A stretch of DNA of 64,000 bases from Spirochaetia bacterium (GTDB taxonomy: Bacteria; Spirochaetota; Spirochaetia; CAKZLE01): contig OY782041.1 of the NCBI GenBank assembly GCA_963677595.1, positions 4,032,001 through 4,096,000 of the forward strand. The letters are read 5' to 3'. The position numbers were made by a program, and so were the translations under genes. Shown in pieces: positions 19,260-29,127 of the stretch (position 1 is its first letter; each line of letters opens with the position of its first letter). The notes beneath the pieces are model-generated. The model was not told where the DNA came from. It did no database searches and saw nothing but the letters and a program-made list of their open reading frames with translations.

Positions 19260-20546
19260 TTATCTCAATATCCGCAGGAAAATGAGCAACTGCATAACCA
19301 TGAGGCCCAATCCAAGATAGACAAATTGCTGCCAGAACCCCCTCTTCCGTTCTGCAGCCTCTGGCATATTCGCGATACAGATTGCCCCGGCATCTGAGAA
19401 CGGCGAGAATCCTGCAAACATCGCTCCTGCTGCAATATATGAGAACAATACGGCAGGGGCCATACTAGTGAAATCACCTATTGAGAAAACCAGCTGCCCT
19501 AACGTCGGTATGACCACACTGAACGAGCTGGAGAACAGGCTCATTACTGCAGCAATAAGCGTAATAATGTATTTTACCAAGTCTGATGCCACATTTGCCT
19601 GCAGCAGCTGAATGAGGGTATCGATAAACCCTGCCTCTGCAGCCATATCTATCATGACCCCCATACCACAGACTAAGATGATCGTAGACATGGGAACCAT
19701 TTTCAGAGCATCCTCTTCAGTGCCGATCTTGAATACCATTCCCAGTATTGCAGCCAACGTACAAACCCACATAATATCCATTTTTGAACGTACGTACGTC
19801 AAGAAACTGATTCCAGGGAAAATTGAAGCCAGAAATGGCGGCACAATGACAAGAATGACCGATGCAATGATAAGAATCAGGGTAGTCCGCTGTTTTTGAT
19901 TGAATGCTTGCGGTCTTTCCAGATCAGTGGCACTGAGCTTATAACATTTTGTGATGATATATAGTCCTGTAAACATGATGAAATGAAGTATCGTAACATT
20001 CCGAAGGGTACTATAGATAATCGTATCTGCCATCTCCGGGAACCCTTGGGTATTGCAGATATTATATACGATCATCCCTCCCATGGATATTGGTGTAAAA
20101 CTACCTGCTGACGCACCAAACAGAATAATCGCAGACCCTAATAGTTTCGGCATTCCGATCTGAGTAGCGATAGACATGACCATCGGGGTAAGGAAGACCA
20201 GGACAGCAAAAGGTCCAGCTCCCATGCCCCCGATAATGAATGCAGTCACCCACAGTACGTATGGAATGATCGGGGCGAAGTTACGAGCCATATAAACAAG
20301 TTTCCTCCCCATGAGATCAATCGTCCCATTGACGATGGCAAATCCATAGAAGAACGTCACCGCGAATAATCGGAAAAACAGACTGATCGGCCAGGATGCG
20401 ATGACCTGTGACGCAGATTTGTCCATAACGAAAATACCGATGATGAAACTGAGAATCAAGGCAATATAGCCAATGTTAACTTTCAGAATAAGGCTTAATA
20501 TGATGGTTAGAATGATTGCGTAAATAAATAGTATTGGTAAACTCAA
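19260..20546 (-). CDS. MatC/SLC13-like (IT superfamily) carboxylate transporter
   Basis: N-terminus VNIGYIAL...WPISLFFRLFAVTFFYGFAIVNGTID matches the MatC_N pattern; C-terminal FSPFSDAGA; AAGGAG RBS before TTG. Confidence 0.8.
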   Translation of the reverse strand: MSLPILFIYAIILTIILSLILKVNIGYIALILSFIIGIFVMDKSASQVIASWPISLFFRLFAVTFFYGFAIVNGTIDLMGRKLVYMARNFAPIIPYVLWVTAFIIGGMGAGPFAVLVFLTPMVMSIATQIGMPKLLGSAIILFGASAGSFTPISMGGMIVYNICNTQGFPEMADTIIYSTLRNVTILHFIMFTGLYIITKCYKLSATDLERPQAFNQKQRTTLILIIASVILVIVPPFLASIFPGISFLTYVRSKMDIMWVCTLAAILGMVFKIGTEEDALKMVPMSTIILVCGMGVMIDMAAEAGFIDTLIQLLQANVASDLVKYIITLIAAVMSLFSSSFSVVIPTLGQLVFSIGDFTSMAPAVLFSYIAAGAMFAGFSPFSDAGAICIANMPEAAERKRGFWQQFVYLGLGLMVMQLLIFLRILR

Positions 20547-20600
20547 AGTGTTATCTCCTTACAAAACGTTTCAATTTTTTATGTTAAGTATTCAATGATT

Positions 20601-20855
20601 TCAGCCGCCGTGCGCCTGACCAAAAACGTATAATCTATCTTCCGGCTTCAATCGGGCATTTCCATCTGCCCGCCTATCGTTCAAAGCCACTACACTGGTA
20701 TTCATAATATCATCCCCGAAGATAGAATGAAGGAAGCCTTCAACCGTTGTCCCCTCTTCTACCTGCATACGTATCTCTTTTGCACGTTCCAAACCTGCGA
20801 AAGGTTCAGCTGGTGATATGTAAGACATAAACATGATATGAATCTTCTGCCCCAT
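20601..20855 (-). CDS. MoaD/ThiS-family sulfur carrier
   Basis: 84 aa ubiquitin-like pattern ending LKPEDRLYVFGQAHGG (C-terminal GG), directly after AOR. Confidence 0.85.
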   Translation of the reverse strand: MGQKIHIMFMSYISPAEPFAGLERAKEIRMQVEEGTTVEGFLHSIFGDDIMNTSVVALNDRRADGNARLKPEDRLYVFGQAHGG

Positions 20856-20858
20856 TTC

Positions 20859-22586
20859 TTATATATCCATTCCATATGGTAATGCGCTTTGGACATCCTC
20901 ATCAGGAATATCAAATACGCGATTATCAACGGACGGCAAGCCCTCTGTATACATGAACTCAGGCAATCGATCATCCTTCTGGGTGAATCCAGCCAGACGA
21001 TTAAACTCTTTTTCCATACCCAGACACTCTGTCGCCAATGCAAACAATTTGCCTCTATCCCAATCACCACCGAACTTGCCCTTCATGATGTCTGCCAGCA
21101 GAGGCCAGCTGTCAGGATTTCCTGCGCAGGAGCTTGCGAAAATGCATGCTCCCATCAGATCAAAGAGCGCAAAAATTACCTGCATTGTATTGGATACTTT
21201 TACTTTACCCTCATTCTCATAGGAATTTGGATCCATGTTCCTAGTCGGCGCATTTCCTGCTGTATGGTCTGCCCCCATCGGAGAGATCGCATAGGTGATA
21301 CCAGTACCTTTCAATCCTCTGGGATCATAGCCCGCCATGGACTGTTTCTTGACGGTCGGTATCCTGCTCACCCCGAAATGCGTTCCAGCATAATAGGTAC
21401 CGTTACCTAATACTCGGCCAAGCTCAGTACCTTCTTGCAGTTCTTTGAATAACCCGCGGACTGCCTCCTGGTCTCCCCATCCGATGATTCCGGCTTCCAT
21501 GCACACAGCAAGGGTACAGCCAAGTTCCATGGTATCAAGTCCTAGATCGTCGCATTGACGATCCATCCAGGCGATGAAATCGAGGTCATCGATTTCACAG
21601 TTCGGTCCACAGAGTGCAATTGTTTCATATTCCAGGGCTGAAGTCACATGGTTACCTGCAGGATCAACATACTCGTTGGAACATTTTATAACACAGCCTC
21701 TCTGGCACGCATGGCCAGTCTTCCCTCCGCGTTCGTTGATCATCTCTGCCATCTTCTCACCGGATACATTCCCTGCCTTATCCCAACGTCCATCACTGTA
21801 ATTCTTTACGGGCATCCATCCCATGGTATTACAGATCCTCACCAATGAGGCAGTACCCAGGTAGGGCAGCACGTCTTTGACCGTCGGGACGTTACGCAAT
21901 AGCTGGATATATTCACGATTGGCTTTGAGAAACGTATCCTTATCATAATATGAGGCCGGGACCTTCACCTTATCCTGCTTCAACACTATTGCCTTGATGT
22001 GCTTACTTCCCATCACGGCACCCATTCCACCTCGCGCAGCCGCACGAGCCGGATATTTATCAAGATCTGTGATCTGGACGGAAGAATTGAGATACTGCCG
22101 CTCTCCAGCGATGCCAATCGATATAACGGCAATCTTATCCCCGAAATCTTCCATCAATTTCTCTGTCAGAGCGTAATTATTCAAACCCATATAGGAATCT
22201 GCCTCTATAAGCTCCGCATCGTTATCCGTTATTTTGATAATGTACCATGATTCATCTGCAGGTTTTCCCTCCAGGACAATCGCCTTTATACCGAGAGATC
22301 CCATCATCCCTGCAGCAATACCACCAGAATTAGCTTCCTTGATACCGCCAGTCAGAGGACTCTTGCCCCCTATCGACAGACGAGAGGAAGTCGTGAATGC
22401 TGTATTGTTTAGAAGTCCATTACAACATATGAATTTATTTTCAGGCCCTAACGGATCACATTGAGGATTCACTTCATCAAGCATCAGTTTGACGATAAGA
22501 CTTCTACCACCATACATCTGCATCTCTTGGGGAAATTCCTCCCATACTAATTCCTTTCTATCAGCTTTATAACTTAGCCTGTTCAT
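20859..22586 (-). CDS. aor: Aldehyde:ferredoxin oxidoreductase (tungsten/molybdopterin AOR family)
   Basis: KSPLTGGIKEANSGG, AARGGMGAVMGSKHIKAI, CQRGCVIKC, EYET, DDLGLDTM, YDPRG, GADHT. Confidence 0.93.
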   Translation of the reverse strand: MNRLSYKADRKELVWEEFPQEMQMYGGRSLIVKLMLDEVNPQCDPLGPENKFICCNGLLNNTAFTTSSRLSIGGKSPLTGGIKEANSGGIAAGMMGSLGIKAIVLEGKPADESWYIIKITDNDAELIEADSYMGLNNYALTEKLMEDFGDKIAVISIGIAGERQYLNSSVQITDLDKYPARAAARGGMGAVMGSKHIKAIVLKQDKVKVPASYYDKDTFLKANREYIQLLRNVPTVKDVLPYLGTASLVRICNTMGWMPVKNYSDGRWDKAGNVSGEKMAEMINERGGKTGHACQRGCVIKCSNEYVDPAGNHVTSALEYETIALCGPNCEIDDLDFIAWMDRQCDDLGLDTMELGCTLAVCMEAGIIGWGDQEAVRGLFKELQEGTELGRVLGNGTYYAGTHFGVSRIPTVKKQSMAGYDPRGLKGTGITYAISPMGADHTAGNAPTRNMDPNSYENEGKVKVSNTMQVIFALFDLMGACIFASSCAGNPDSWPLLADIMKGKFGGDWDRGKLFALATECLGMEKEFNRLAGFTQKDDRLPEFMYTEGLPSVDNRVFDIPDEDVQSALPYGMDI

Positions 22587-22625
22587 ATACCACCTCTCCT
22601 TTTGGCTAATTATATTTCAAATTAT

Positions 22626-22641
22626 AGCAAAAACAATGCCA
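22626..22641 (-). promoter_or_regulatory. sigma54 (-24/-12) promoter of aor operon
   Basis: TGGCATTGTTTTTGCT with exact GG/GC spacing, about 40 bp upstream of the aor ATG. Confidence 0.85.
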
Positions 22642-22901
22642 ATTCCTAATTTATAAGTTCTGAAGAACATGCAATACCAGAAATACTGATTGCTTACAAT
22701 TCATTACCACGCATCTAGACAGTGTCCTGAAAAAGGTTGAACACGAATCATCCCACTCGTATCTCTTCAATACCTGCCCCCTAAGCATATTTTACGTATC
22801 CTTATACCGATTGCTATGAGATCTCGATTCTATTGGAGAAATTATCCAATATCAGCTCTTCGCTGAGAATTTCCTGCTCTCCTCAATTAAGACTGACATA
22901 T

Positions 22902-22949
22902 TGTAAGACTTGTTTACAAGCATGATATAGCATGTAAAGTATGTTTCCA
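22902..22949. promoter_or_regulatory. Paired enhancer (UAS) sites for the sigma54 activator, aor side
   Basis: TGTAAG-acttg-TTTACA (22902) and TGTAAA-gtatg-TTTCCA (22933), 31 bp apart. Confidence 0.75.
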
Positions 22950-22957
22950 TTATTTAT

Positions 22958-22986
22958 TTGCTTCCGGTATGTTCTTAGGTTATAAT
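22958..22986 (+). promoter_or_regulatory. sigma70 promoter of the activator gene
   Basis: TTGCTT-17 bp-TATAAT. Confidence 0.65.
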
Positions 22987-23057
22987 CAAAAACTTGATGA
23001 AACTTAGTGGTTTACATCCGATAATGTATGGTCTGGATGACCTAAGGAGCTGTAGAC

Positions 23058-24554
23058 ATGGCGCATGAAGTAATGAACGCTTTTATAGCTAATTTGGACA
23101 AGAATGGTCTGGATGGGAAAAACTTTGTAGACTCCATGAGAGACACATTGAAATATATGGAGATTCCAGATATCGCATATTTGATCGTCAACAGAAGCTA
23201 CCAGATAGTATACTGTACGGATAACTATCCAGCATTGATCGAGATAGATACTTCGGTAAACGGGATAATCGGTAAGACGATCTCAAACCTGATCGGGGAG
23301 TTCCTCTATGATAAGGATCCTTCCATTATAGACAAGAAATGCCTGGCCTCAGCCATTAATGCATTTCAAACCAAATCCTGTGTACACTCTCTTCGAAGGC
23401 TGCTCAGCGGTAAGGAACTCATGGTGTATGCAAAGCCTATCCTCGACAGAGCAGGAGAAGTCCTCTGTGTCTTGAACAGTGTCATCAACGTCACGGACGT
23501 CGATCAACTGCGGAACAAAGTCACTACATTTTATGAGGTACTGGGAATCAACATCTCATCGAACTTTAAAGTAAAGATGATCTCTGAGAGTGAGGTACAT
23601 AAAAAAACGATTGCACGAGCAAATCGAGCTGCCGAATTCGAAGCGAACGTACTCATCACAGGAGAGAGTGGAAGCGGTAAGGATGTACTTGCTAAGTATA
23701 TCCATTTCTGCAGTAAGCGCAGAAATAAGAGATTGATTCAGATAAATTGCTCAGCCATACCAGAAAGCTTGTTAGAGAGTGAACTTTTTGGATATGAGGG
23801 AGGCGCATTCTCCGGAGCGAAACGCAAAGGGAAACTCGGGCTTCTGGAGCTGGCGAATCATAGTACCATCTTCTTAGACGAGATTGGAGATATCCCGCTA
23901 GCAACGCAGGTAAAACTGCTTAATTTCATCCAGGACCGAGCGTTCTATCGTGTAGGGGGAACAGAGAAGATCGAGGTCGATATTCGTATCATAGCGGCTA
24001 CCAATGCAGATCTCAGGCTGAAGATTGATAATAACCAGTTTAGGGAGGACCTGTATTATAGACTAAATACCATCCCGATCAGTATTGCCCCGTTGAGAAA
24101 TCGCAGGGAAGATATAATCCCTCTTATTGAACAATTCGAATATGAAAGTAATCTGCAATATAAAATGGATAAACATTTTTCCATCGAGGCAAAAAGCTTC
24201 CTCCTATCCCTTGACTGGCCGGGAAATATCAGGGAGATGCAGCATTGTGTAGAGCGTTTGATGATCCTGACAGAGAAGGAGACCATTGAGGTTGACGATA
24301 TCCTAGCTGATCAGCAATATGACGGCAAACAGAAATCCACTGTTCATACCAATAGTGATGAGGATGAGGGAGTGCTCGTGAAATCCCTGAAAGCTGTTGA
24401 ATACCATCTACTGAAGAAGACTGCTGAAGAGTATGATTCCAGTCGAAAGATCGCAGCGGTCCTAGGTATTAGTCATACTGCGGTCAACTCCAAATTAGCT
24501 AAGTATGGTATTGCCATCAACGGAAAGAAGAAATCACAGCCAGGAATCTTGTGA
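23058..24554 (+). CDS. sigma54-dependent enhancer-binding activator (PAS-like + AAA+ + TyrR-like HTH)
   Basis: GESGSGKD, ESELFGYE.GAFSGA, FLDEIG, RIIAATN, FREDLYYRL, WPGNIRE, HTH SSRKIAAVLGISHTAVNSKLAKYG. Confidence 0.93.
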   Translation: MAHEVMNAFIANLDKNGLDGKNFVDSMRDTLKYMEIPDIAYLIVNRSYQIVYCTDNYPALIEIDTSVNGIIGKTISNLIGEFLYDKDPSIIDKKCLASAINAFQTKSCVHSLRRLLSGKELMVYAKPILDRAGEVLCVLNSVINVTDVDQLRNKVTTFYEVLGINISSNFKVKMISESEVHKKTIARANRAAEFEANVLITGESGSGKDVLAKYIHFCSKRRNKRLIQINCSAIPESLLESELFGYEGGAFSGAKRKGKLGLLELANHSTIFLDEIGDIPLATQVKLLNFIQDRAFYRVGGTEKIEVDIRIIAATNADLRLKIDNNQFREDLYYRLNTIPISIAPLRNRREDIIPLIEQFEYESNLQYKMDKHFSIEAKSFLLSLDWPGNIREMQHCVERLMILTEKETIEVDDILADQQYDGKQKSTVHTNSDEDEGVLVKSLKAVEYHLLKKTAEEYDSSRKIAAVLGISHTAVNSKLAKYGIAINGKKKSQPGIL

Positions 24555-24821
24555 GCATGATCGATATCTAAGGATGAATCCATCTTGATACCATTGGCCG
24601 TACATTGGTGATGGGATCTGAAACTGCAAGCCTAGAGCAACAAGGGAAAAACTGATACAACGGTATGAGAACTTTTCGATATCTGCAGCATCTCTGCTCC
24701 TTGATATCTGCCAAAACTCCATGATCCAGGATTCAAAATCCAGTTGAGCTCAATAGATTCTGTATGACATGCCAGACAGTAAAAACAGCAGCAATCTAGA
24801 ACAAAGGGATTAATAGAATAT

Positions 24822-24869
24822 TGTAAACATTTTTTACGAAAATATAGATTCCTGTAAACATGTCTTGCA
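24822..24869. promoter_or_regulatory. Paired enhancer (UAS) sites, GRE side
   Basis: TGTAAA-cattt-TTTACG (24822) and TGTAAA-catgt-CTTGCA (24853), 31 bp apart. Confidence 0.75.
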
Positions 24870-24931
24870 GCATATACTGATTATGAGACAAATCGATAGG
24901 ACTGCATTGGTTACTCACCATATTCTTTCTA

Positions 24932-24947
24932 TGGCATGATAATTGCT
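24932..24947 (+). promoter_or_regulatory. sigma54 (-24/-12) promoter of GRE operon
   Basis: TGGCATGATAATTGCT with exact spacing, 47 bp before ATG 24995. Confidence 0.88.
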
Positions 24948-24994
24948 TATTACTTTTACATATTTCTTAATCTTTCTAAAGGAGGAGATTAATT

Positions 24995-27433
24995 ATGGCT
25001 GAAATGATGGAACTAGCCGAAAAAGAACGACTAGGGATGGTCACAGCAATGGGCAGCACGGACAGAATCCGGAGACTGAGCCATAAGTCCTACACAACAC
25101 CACAATCAATCTGTTTACACCGAGCAAGAGCTTATACTGAAGTTTTTGCTGAAACAGAAGGTGAACCAATAGAATTGAGACGTGCAAAAGGCTTCAAAAG
25201 AGCATTGGAGACTGTACCGGTTCTCATTGAAGAAGATGAACTTGTTGTTGGTAATCGTGCTTGTCGTATCCGAAGCGTGCCTGTCATTCCAGAGTGTCAT
25301 GGGGCTTGGCTTCAATGGGATCTGGAAAAGCTTCCGACTCGTGAGCAGGATTCTTTTGAAGTACCCCCAGAGCAGATGAAAGAGGCAAAAGAACTTCTGG
25401 CATTCTGGAAAGGAAAAACCATCTTTGATGAATGGGCTGCAACAGTGCCTGGGAATATGGCAGACAAACTGCTTGGGACAGGATGGGCCGATATTGCCTG
25501 CGGTGTCTTTTTCCTGGGGTACCATTTCACCCCACCATGGGAAAAAATCGTAAATGGGGGAATAAAGGCTTTTGAAGATGAAGTAGATGCACGCTTGGAC
25601 AGCCTTGATTACCTGAAAAATCCACAGGATATGGGAAAAGAGGTCATTCTTAAGGCCTTTAAAACCATCATCGAAGGGATTAAGATCTTCGCTGCCCGGT
25701 ATGCTGAAAAAGCACGGGAACTTGCTGCTACTGAAAAGAATGCTACAAGAAAACAGGAGTTACTCCGAATCGCAGAAAACTGTGATCGTGTTCCCTATTA
25801 TCCAGCCAGAAATTATTACGAAGCCATACAGTCAGTCTGGTTTGTACATACCTTGATGCATGTTGAGGGAACTGGGCCCGTCTATACGTTGGGACGTTTT
25901 GATCAATACATGTATCCATTTTATAAAGCCGATTTAGAAAGTGGTGCCATCACGAAAGAAGAGGCGGTGGAACTACTTGAGAATTTCTATATCAACTGCA
26001 ACAACAACCTGTTCCTGTATGATACACAGTCTGCCTATAATTCCGCAGGTTTCACACAGTACCAGGTAATCTCTCTTGGTGGAGTAGATGAAACCGGCAA
26101 AGATGCTTCTAATGTTATCACTTATCTCTGCCTTGATGCTGCAAAGACCCTAAGGACTGTACAGCCAGACCTATCATTACTGTGTCACCCCAGGGAAACG
26201 CCGTATGAATTGAAAATGAAAGCTGCTGAACTGGTAAGGGAAGGACTGGGCCTGCCAAAGTTCCATAGTACAGAAACGATCAAGACCGGCTTAATGTCCC
26301 TGGGATATACCCTGGAAGAAGCCCGTATGGGATGGGTCAGGGGCTGTAGTGAATTGTACGGTCCGGGATCAAAGCAGTACGGGCATACAGCAGGGGCTTT
26401 TGTGAACATCACCATGGCTCTTGAAGCTGCTCTGTTCAATGGGATCAAGCAGGTTAAAGGACAAAAATGGAGTGGCGAACAAATTGGGTTAGCAACTGGC
26501 AATGCAGAGGATTTCTCTAGCTACGAGGAACTGGTCGACGCATTGAAGGCACAGTTGACGTTCATGCTCCAGGAATCGCACATTGGCGGATCGTATATGG
26601 AATTGGCTCAGAAGAATTTCCCGCAGCTCCTCCAGAGTCTGTTCACTGACGATTGTATAGGTTCATGCTTACCTGCGAATGCCGGCGGGGCAAAAATCAA
26701 TGTCGGTCCAGGTCTGGCAATCTGTAGTGGATGGGCAACGATCGCTGACTCACTCGCTGCCATCAAGAAGCTGGTCTTCGAAGAGAAACGAATTACCATG
26801 CATGAGCTGTTAGAAGCACTTCAGGCTGACTTTGAAGGCTATGGAGCAATCCAGAAGATGCTGTTGAACAATGCCCCTAAATTCGGGAATGACATTGACT
26901 ATGTAGATGACATTGCACGGGACATATTCAAGCATGTACATGATGAAGGAAGGAAACTGGTTGGGATCAATGGGAATATCAACAGTGTAGGTACTGATAT
27001 ATCTGTCTCCCACATCATATTTGGTTCCTTTATAGGTGCTACACCAGATGGTAGGAATGCAGGAAAAGCTCTTTCTGACAATGTCGGACCATCTGACCAG
27101 AGAGATGTCAACGGTCCGGTAGCCCACATCAATTCTGTGACTAAAATGCCAATTGAACGAGAATTCGGGTCGATCCATAACATCTATCTGACCAATATCG
27201 ACACCGAGGACAAGATGCATGACATGATTCATCTGGTTGATACCTACCATATGCGAGGAGGCCATCACCTGCAGATAAACTGTATTGACAAGAACGTGTT
27301 ACTAGATGCACAGAAGACACCGGAAAAATACCCTTCACTGATAGTCAGGGTTGCCGGATACTGTGCATATTTCAACGATCTGTCAAAGTATGTTCAGGAT
27401 TATATTATATCTCGAACTTCCGTGAACTTCTAA
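24995..27433 (+). CDS. Glycyl radical enzyme, PFL2/glycerol-dehydratase-like clade, unknown substrate
   Basis: 812 aa; DELVVG, LGRFDQYMYPFY, Cys loop RGCSE (Cys451/Glu453), PKFGND, GATPDGR, RVAGY (Gly788); AAAGGAGG RBS. Confidence 0.95.
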   Translation: MAEMMELAEKERLGMVTAMGSTDRIRRLSHKSYTTPQSICLHRARAYTEVFAETEGEPIELRRAKGFKRALETVPVLIEEDELVVGNRACRIRSVPVIPECHGAWLQWDLEKLPTREQDSFEVPPEQMKEAKELLAFWKGKTIFDEWAATVPGNMADKLLGTGWADIACGVFFLGYHFTPPWEKIVNGGIKAFEDEVDARLDSLDYLKNPQDMGKEVILKAFKTIIEGIKIFAARYAEKARELAATEKNATRKQELLRIAENCDRVPYYPARNYYEAIQSVWFVHTLMHVEGTGPVYTLGRFDQYMYPFYKADLESGAITKEEAVELLENFYINCNNNLFLYDTQSAYNSAGFTQYQVISLGGVDETGKDASNVITYLCLDAAKTLRTVQPDLSLLCHPRETPYELKMKAAELVREGLGLPKFHSTETIKTGLMSLGYTLEEARMGWVRGCSELYGPGSKQYGHTAGAFVNITMALEAALFNGIKQVKGQKWSGEQIGLATGNAEDFSSYEELVDALKAQLTFMLQESHIGGSYMELAQKNFPQLLQSLFTDDCIGSCLPANAGGAKINVGPGLAICSGWATIADSLAAIKKLVFEEKRITMHELLEALQADFEGYGAIQKMLLNNAPKFGNDIDYVDDIARDIFKHVHDEGRKLVGINGNINSVGTDISVSHIIFGSFIGATPDGRNAGKALSDNVGPSDQRDVNGPVAHINSVTKMPIEREFGSIHNIYLTNIDTEDKMHDMIHLVDTYHMRGGHHLQINCIDKNVLLDAQKTPEKYPSLIVRVAGYCAYFNDLSKYVQDYIISRTSVNF

Positions 27434-27451
27434 CTGAGTAAACTTGACCGG

Positions 27452-28411
27452 GTGATAACAATGACGAAGGAAACCAAAACGAACCTAAGGAACCGAGACC
27501 AGGCATTCATCTTCAAGATTGATAGATATGCAACTCATGATGGTCCCGGGATCAGAACTACTATCTTCTTTAAAGGCTGTCTGATGAACTGCACATGGTG
27601 CTCCAATCCTGAGAGCCAGAAGACAACAGCTGAGCTTGGTTTCCTCAAGATGAAGTGTGTTGGCTGTGGCACCTGTATCAACAGCTGCCATGCCGATGCT
27701 CTTTCCCTGAAAGATGAAAAAGCGACCATTAATAGGGAACTGTGCGATAACTGCTTCGACTGTGTGCCAGTGTGTCCATCAAACGCACTGCAGATCTATG
27801 GCTACGAGGCTACTTTACCGGAATTAATGGATATCTTGAATCGAGATAGGCACATCTACCGTCGTTCCGGCGGTGGTGTGACCTTGACCGGTGGCGAACC
27901 GACTCTGCAGTATTCTTTCGTGAAAAAATTGCTGGAAGAATGCAGGCGGGTCGGAATCCATACAACGTTGGAAACTTGCGGGTTCTCGAGTCCAGAAGAT
28001 TTCAAGCAGTTATTACCCTATGTTAACTGGTTATATTTTGATCTGAAGCATTGTGACCCGGATCACCATCGAAAGGTAACAGGGAACTCAAACAAGATCA
28101 TCTTGCAGAATCTTACCTTTGCATCCCACTACATGCAGGAACATGGCAAACCTCTGGTAGTCAGACAAGTTGTTGTTCCTGGAATTAATGATACTCAGTG
28201 GATCGGCAGGATGGTTGAGCTGATTAGTCAGTTACCCTATGTGACAGCCATGGAGTTTTTACCATACCATAATTATGGTATGGACAAGTATGCCGCTATC
28301 GGGAAGGTGTACGATCTCACGGATGTAAGACCTCCCGCAGAATCAGACCTGAAAACATATGTTGAAATGGCAGAAGCCAGAGGTCTGAAATGTACTATTG
28401 GAGGACTGTAG
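27452..28411 (+). CDS. Glycyl-radical activating enzyme (radical SAM with ferredoxin insert)
   Basis: HDGPGIRT, CLMNCTWCSNPE, extra CVGCGTCINSC and CDNCFDCVPVCP, GGVTLTGGEP, LPYH. Confidence 0.95.
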   Translation: MITMTKETKTNLRNRDQAFIFKIDRYATHDGPGIRTTIFFKGCLMNCTWCSNPESQKTTAELGFLKMKCVGCGTCINSCHADALSLKDEKATINRELCDNCFDCVPVCPSNALQIYGYEATLPELMDILNRDRHIYRRSGGGVTLTGGEPTLQYSFVKKLLEECRRVGIHTTLETCGFSSPEDFKQLLPYVNWLYFDLKHCDPDHHRKVTGNSNKIILQNLTFASHYMQEHGKPLVVRQVVVPGINDTQWIGRMVELISQLPYVTAMEFLPYHNYGMDKYAAIGKVYDLTDVRPPAESDLKTYVEMAEARGLKCTIGGL

Positions 28412-28463
28412 AGTAGATGAATCAATAGAACCAATAGTATAAAAAAACAAATAGGAGACAATA

Positions 28464-29105
28464 ATGAGTGATATTAAAAAGGCAACCAGTGCGCCTGTAG
28501 TAATGTTTATAATAGCTATTCTGGCATTCGTAGATGGAATTAACCTGCTCGGTTTCTTACCACCAGAAACAACACTTCTCCGAGGAGTCTTCGCAACCCT
28601 AGCCTATCCTACATATTATTTTGCAGCAAAGAACCACCTAGAAATCGGTGATGAGCTTTTTGCCAGGACGTTCTTATTCTTTGGATTATTCTTCTCTTTG
28701 ACAGGAATCATCATGCTGGTACAAATGTTCGCAACAATGGCAGGCATCCCCTATGATACCAAGATGATGGGCGTGGTATGGTTTGTAGTAGTTCTTTATC
28801 TGCTATCTGTAATGCCTGCATTCTGGTATGGCGATAAGGTCTGCCTGCTGTTCATGATCACTGCAACACTCGGCTTCCTGATAATGTCAATCGTCAACTT
28901 CCAGTTCAGTTTTAGCTTTTGGCCAGGATTTTTCGTCATTGCCGGGATTTCCTTCTCAATTACCGGTCTAACTGCTGCGTATTTCGGGATGTTCCTCATG
29001 CTGGTCCCTCTCGGAGTTGTTCTGCCATTAGGAAAACCAATCTTCAAAAAGAAAGAAACCGTTTCTGCAGGTTCAGTAAAAATAGCAACGTCGGAAGAAA
29101 TCTGA
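28464..29105 (+). CDS. 6-TM membrane protein, divergent AceTr (GPR1/FUN34/YaaH, SatP-like) candidate
   Basis: ATSAPVVMF resembles ANPAPLGL; EIGDELFARTFLFFGLFF resembles the GNTFG...F..YG.FW segment. Confidence 0.55.
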   Translation: MSDIKKATSAPVVMFIIAILAFVDGINLLGFLPPETTLLRGVFATLAYPTYYFAAKNHLEIGDELFARTFLFFGLFFSLTGIIMLVQMFATMAGIPYDTKMMGVVWFVVVLYLLSVMPAFWYGDKVCLLFMITATLGFLIMSIVNFQFSFSFWPGFFVIAGISFSITGLTAAYFGMFLMLVPLGVVLPLGKPIFKKKETVSAGSVKIATSEEI

Positions 29106-29127
29106 TAGTTTCATAATCAATAATCAT

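Noticed and set aside
27452-28411. Radical SAM protein as the missing sulfatase maturase
   Set aside because: It has clear GRE-activase motifs (HDGPGIRT, GGEP, LPYH), no C-terminal SPASM domain, and is adjacent to its GRE.
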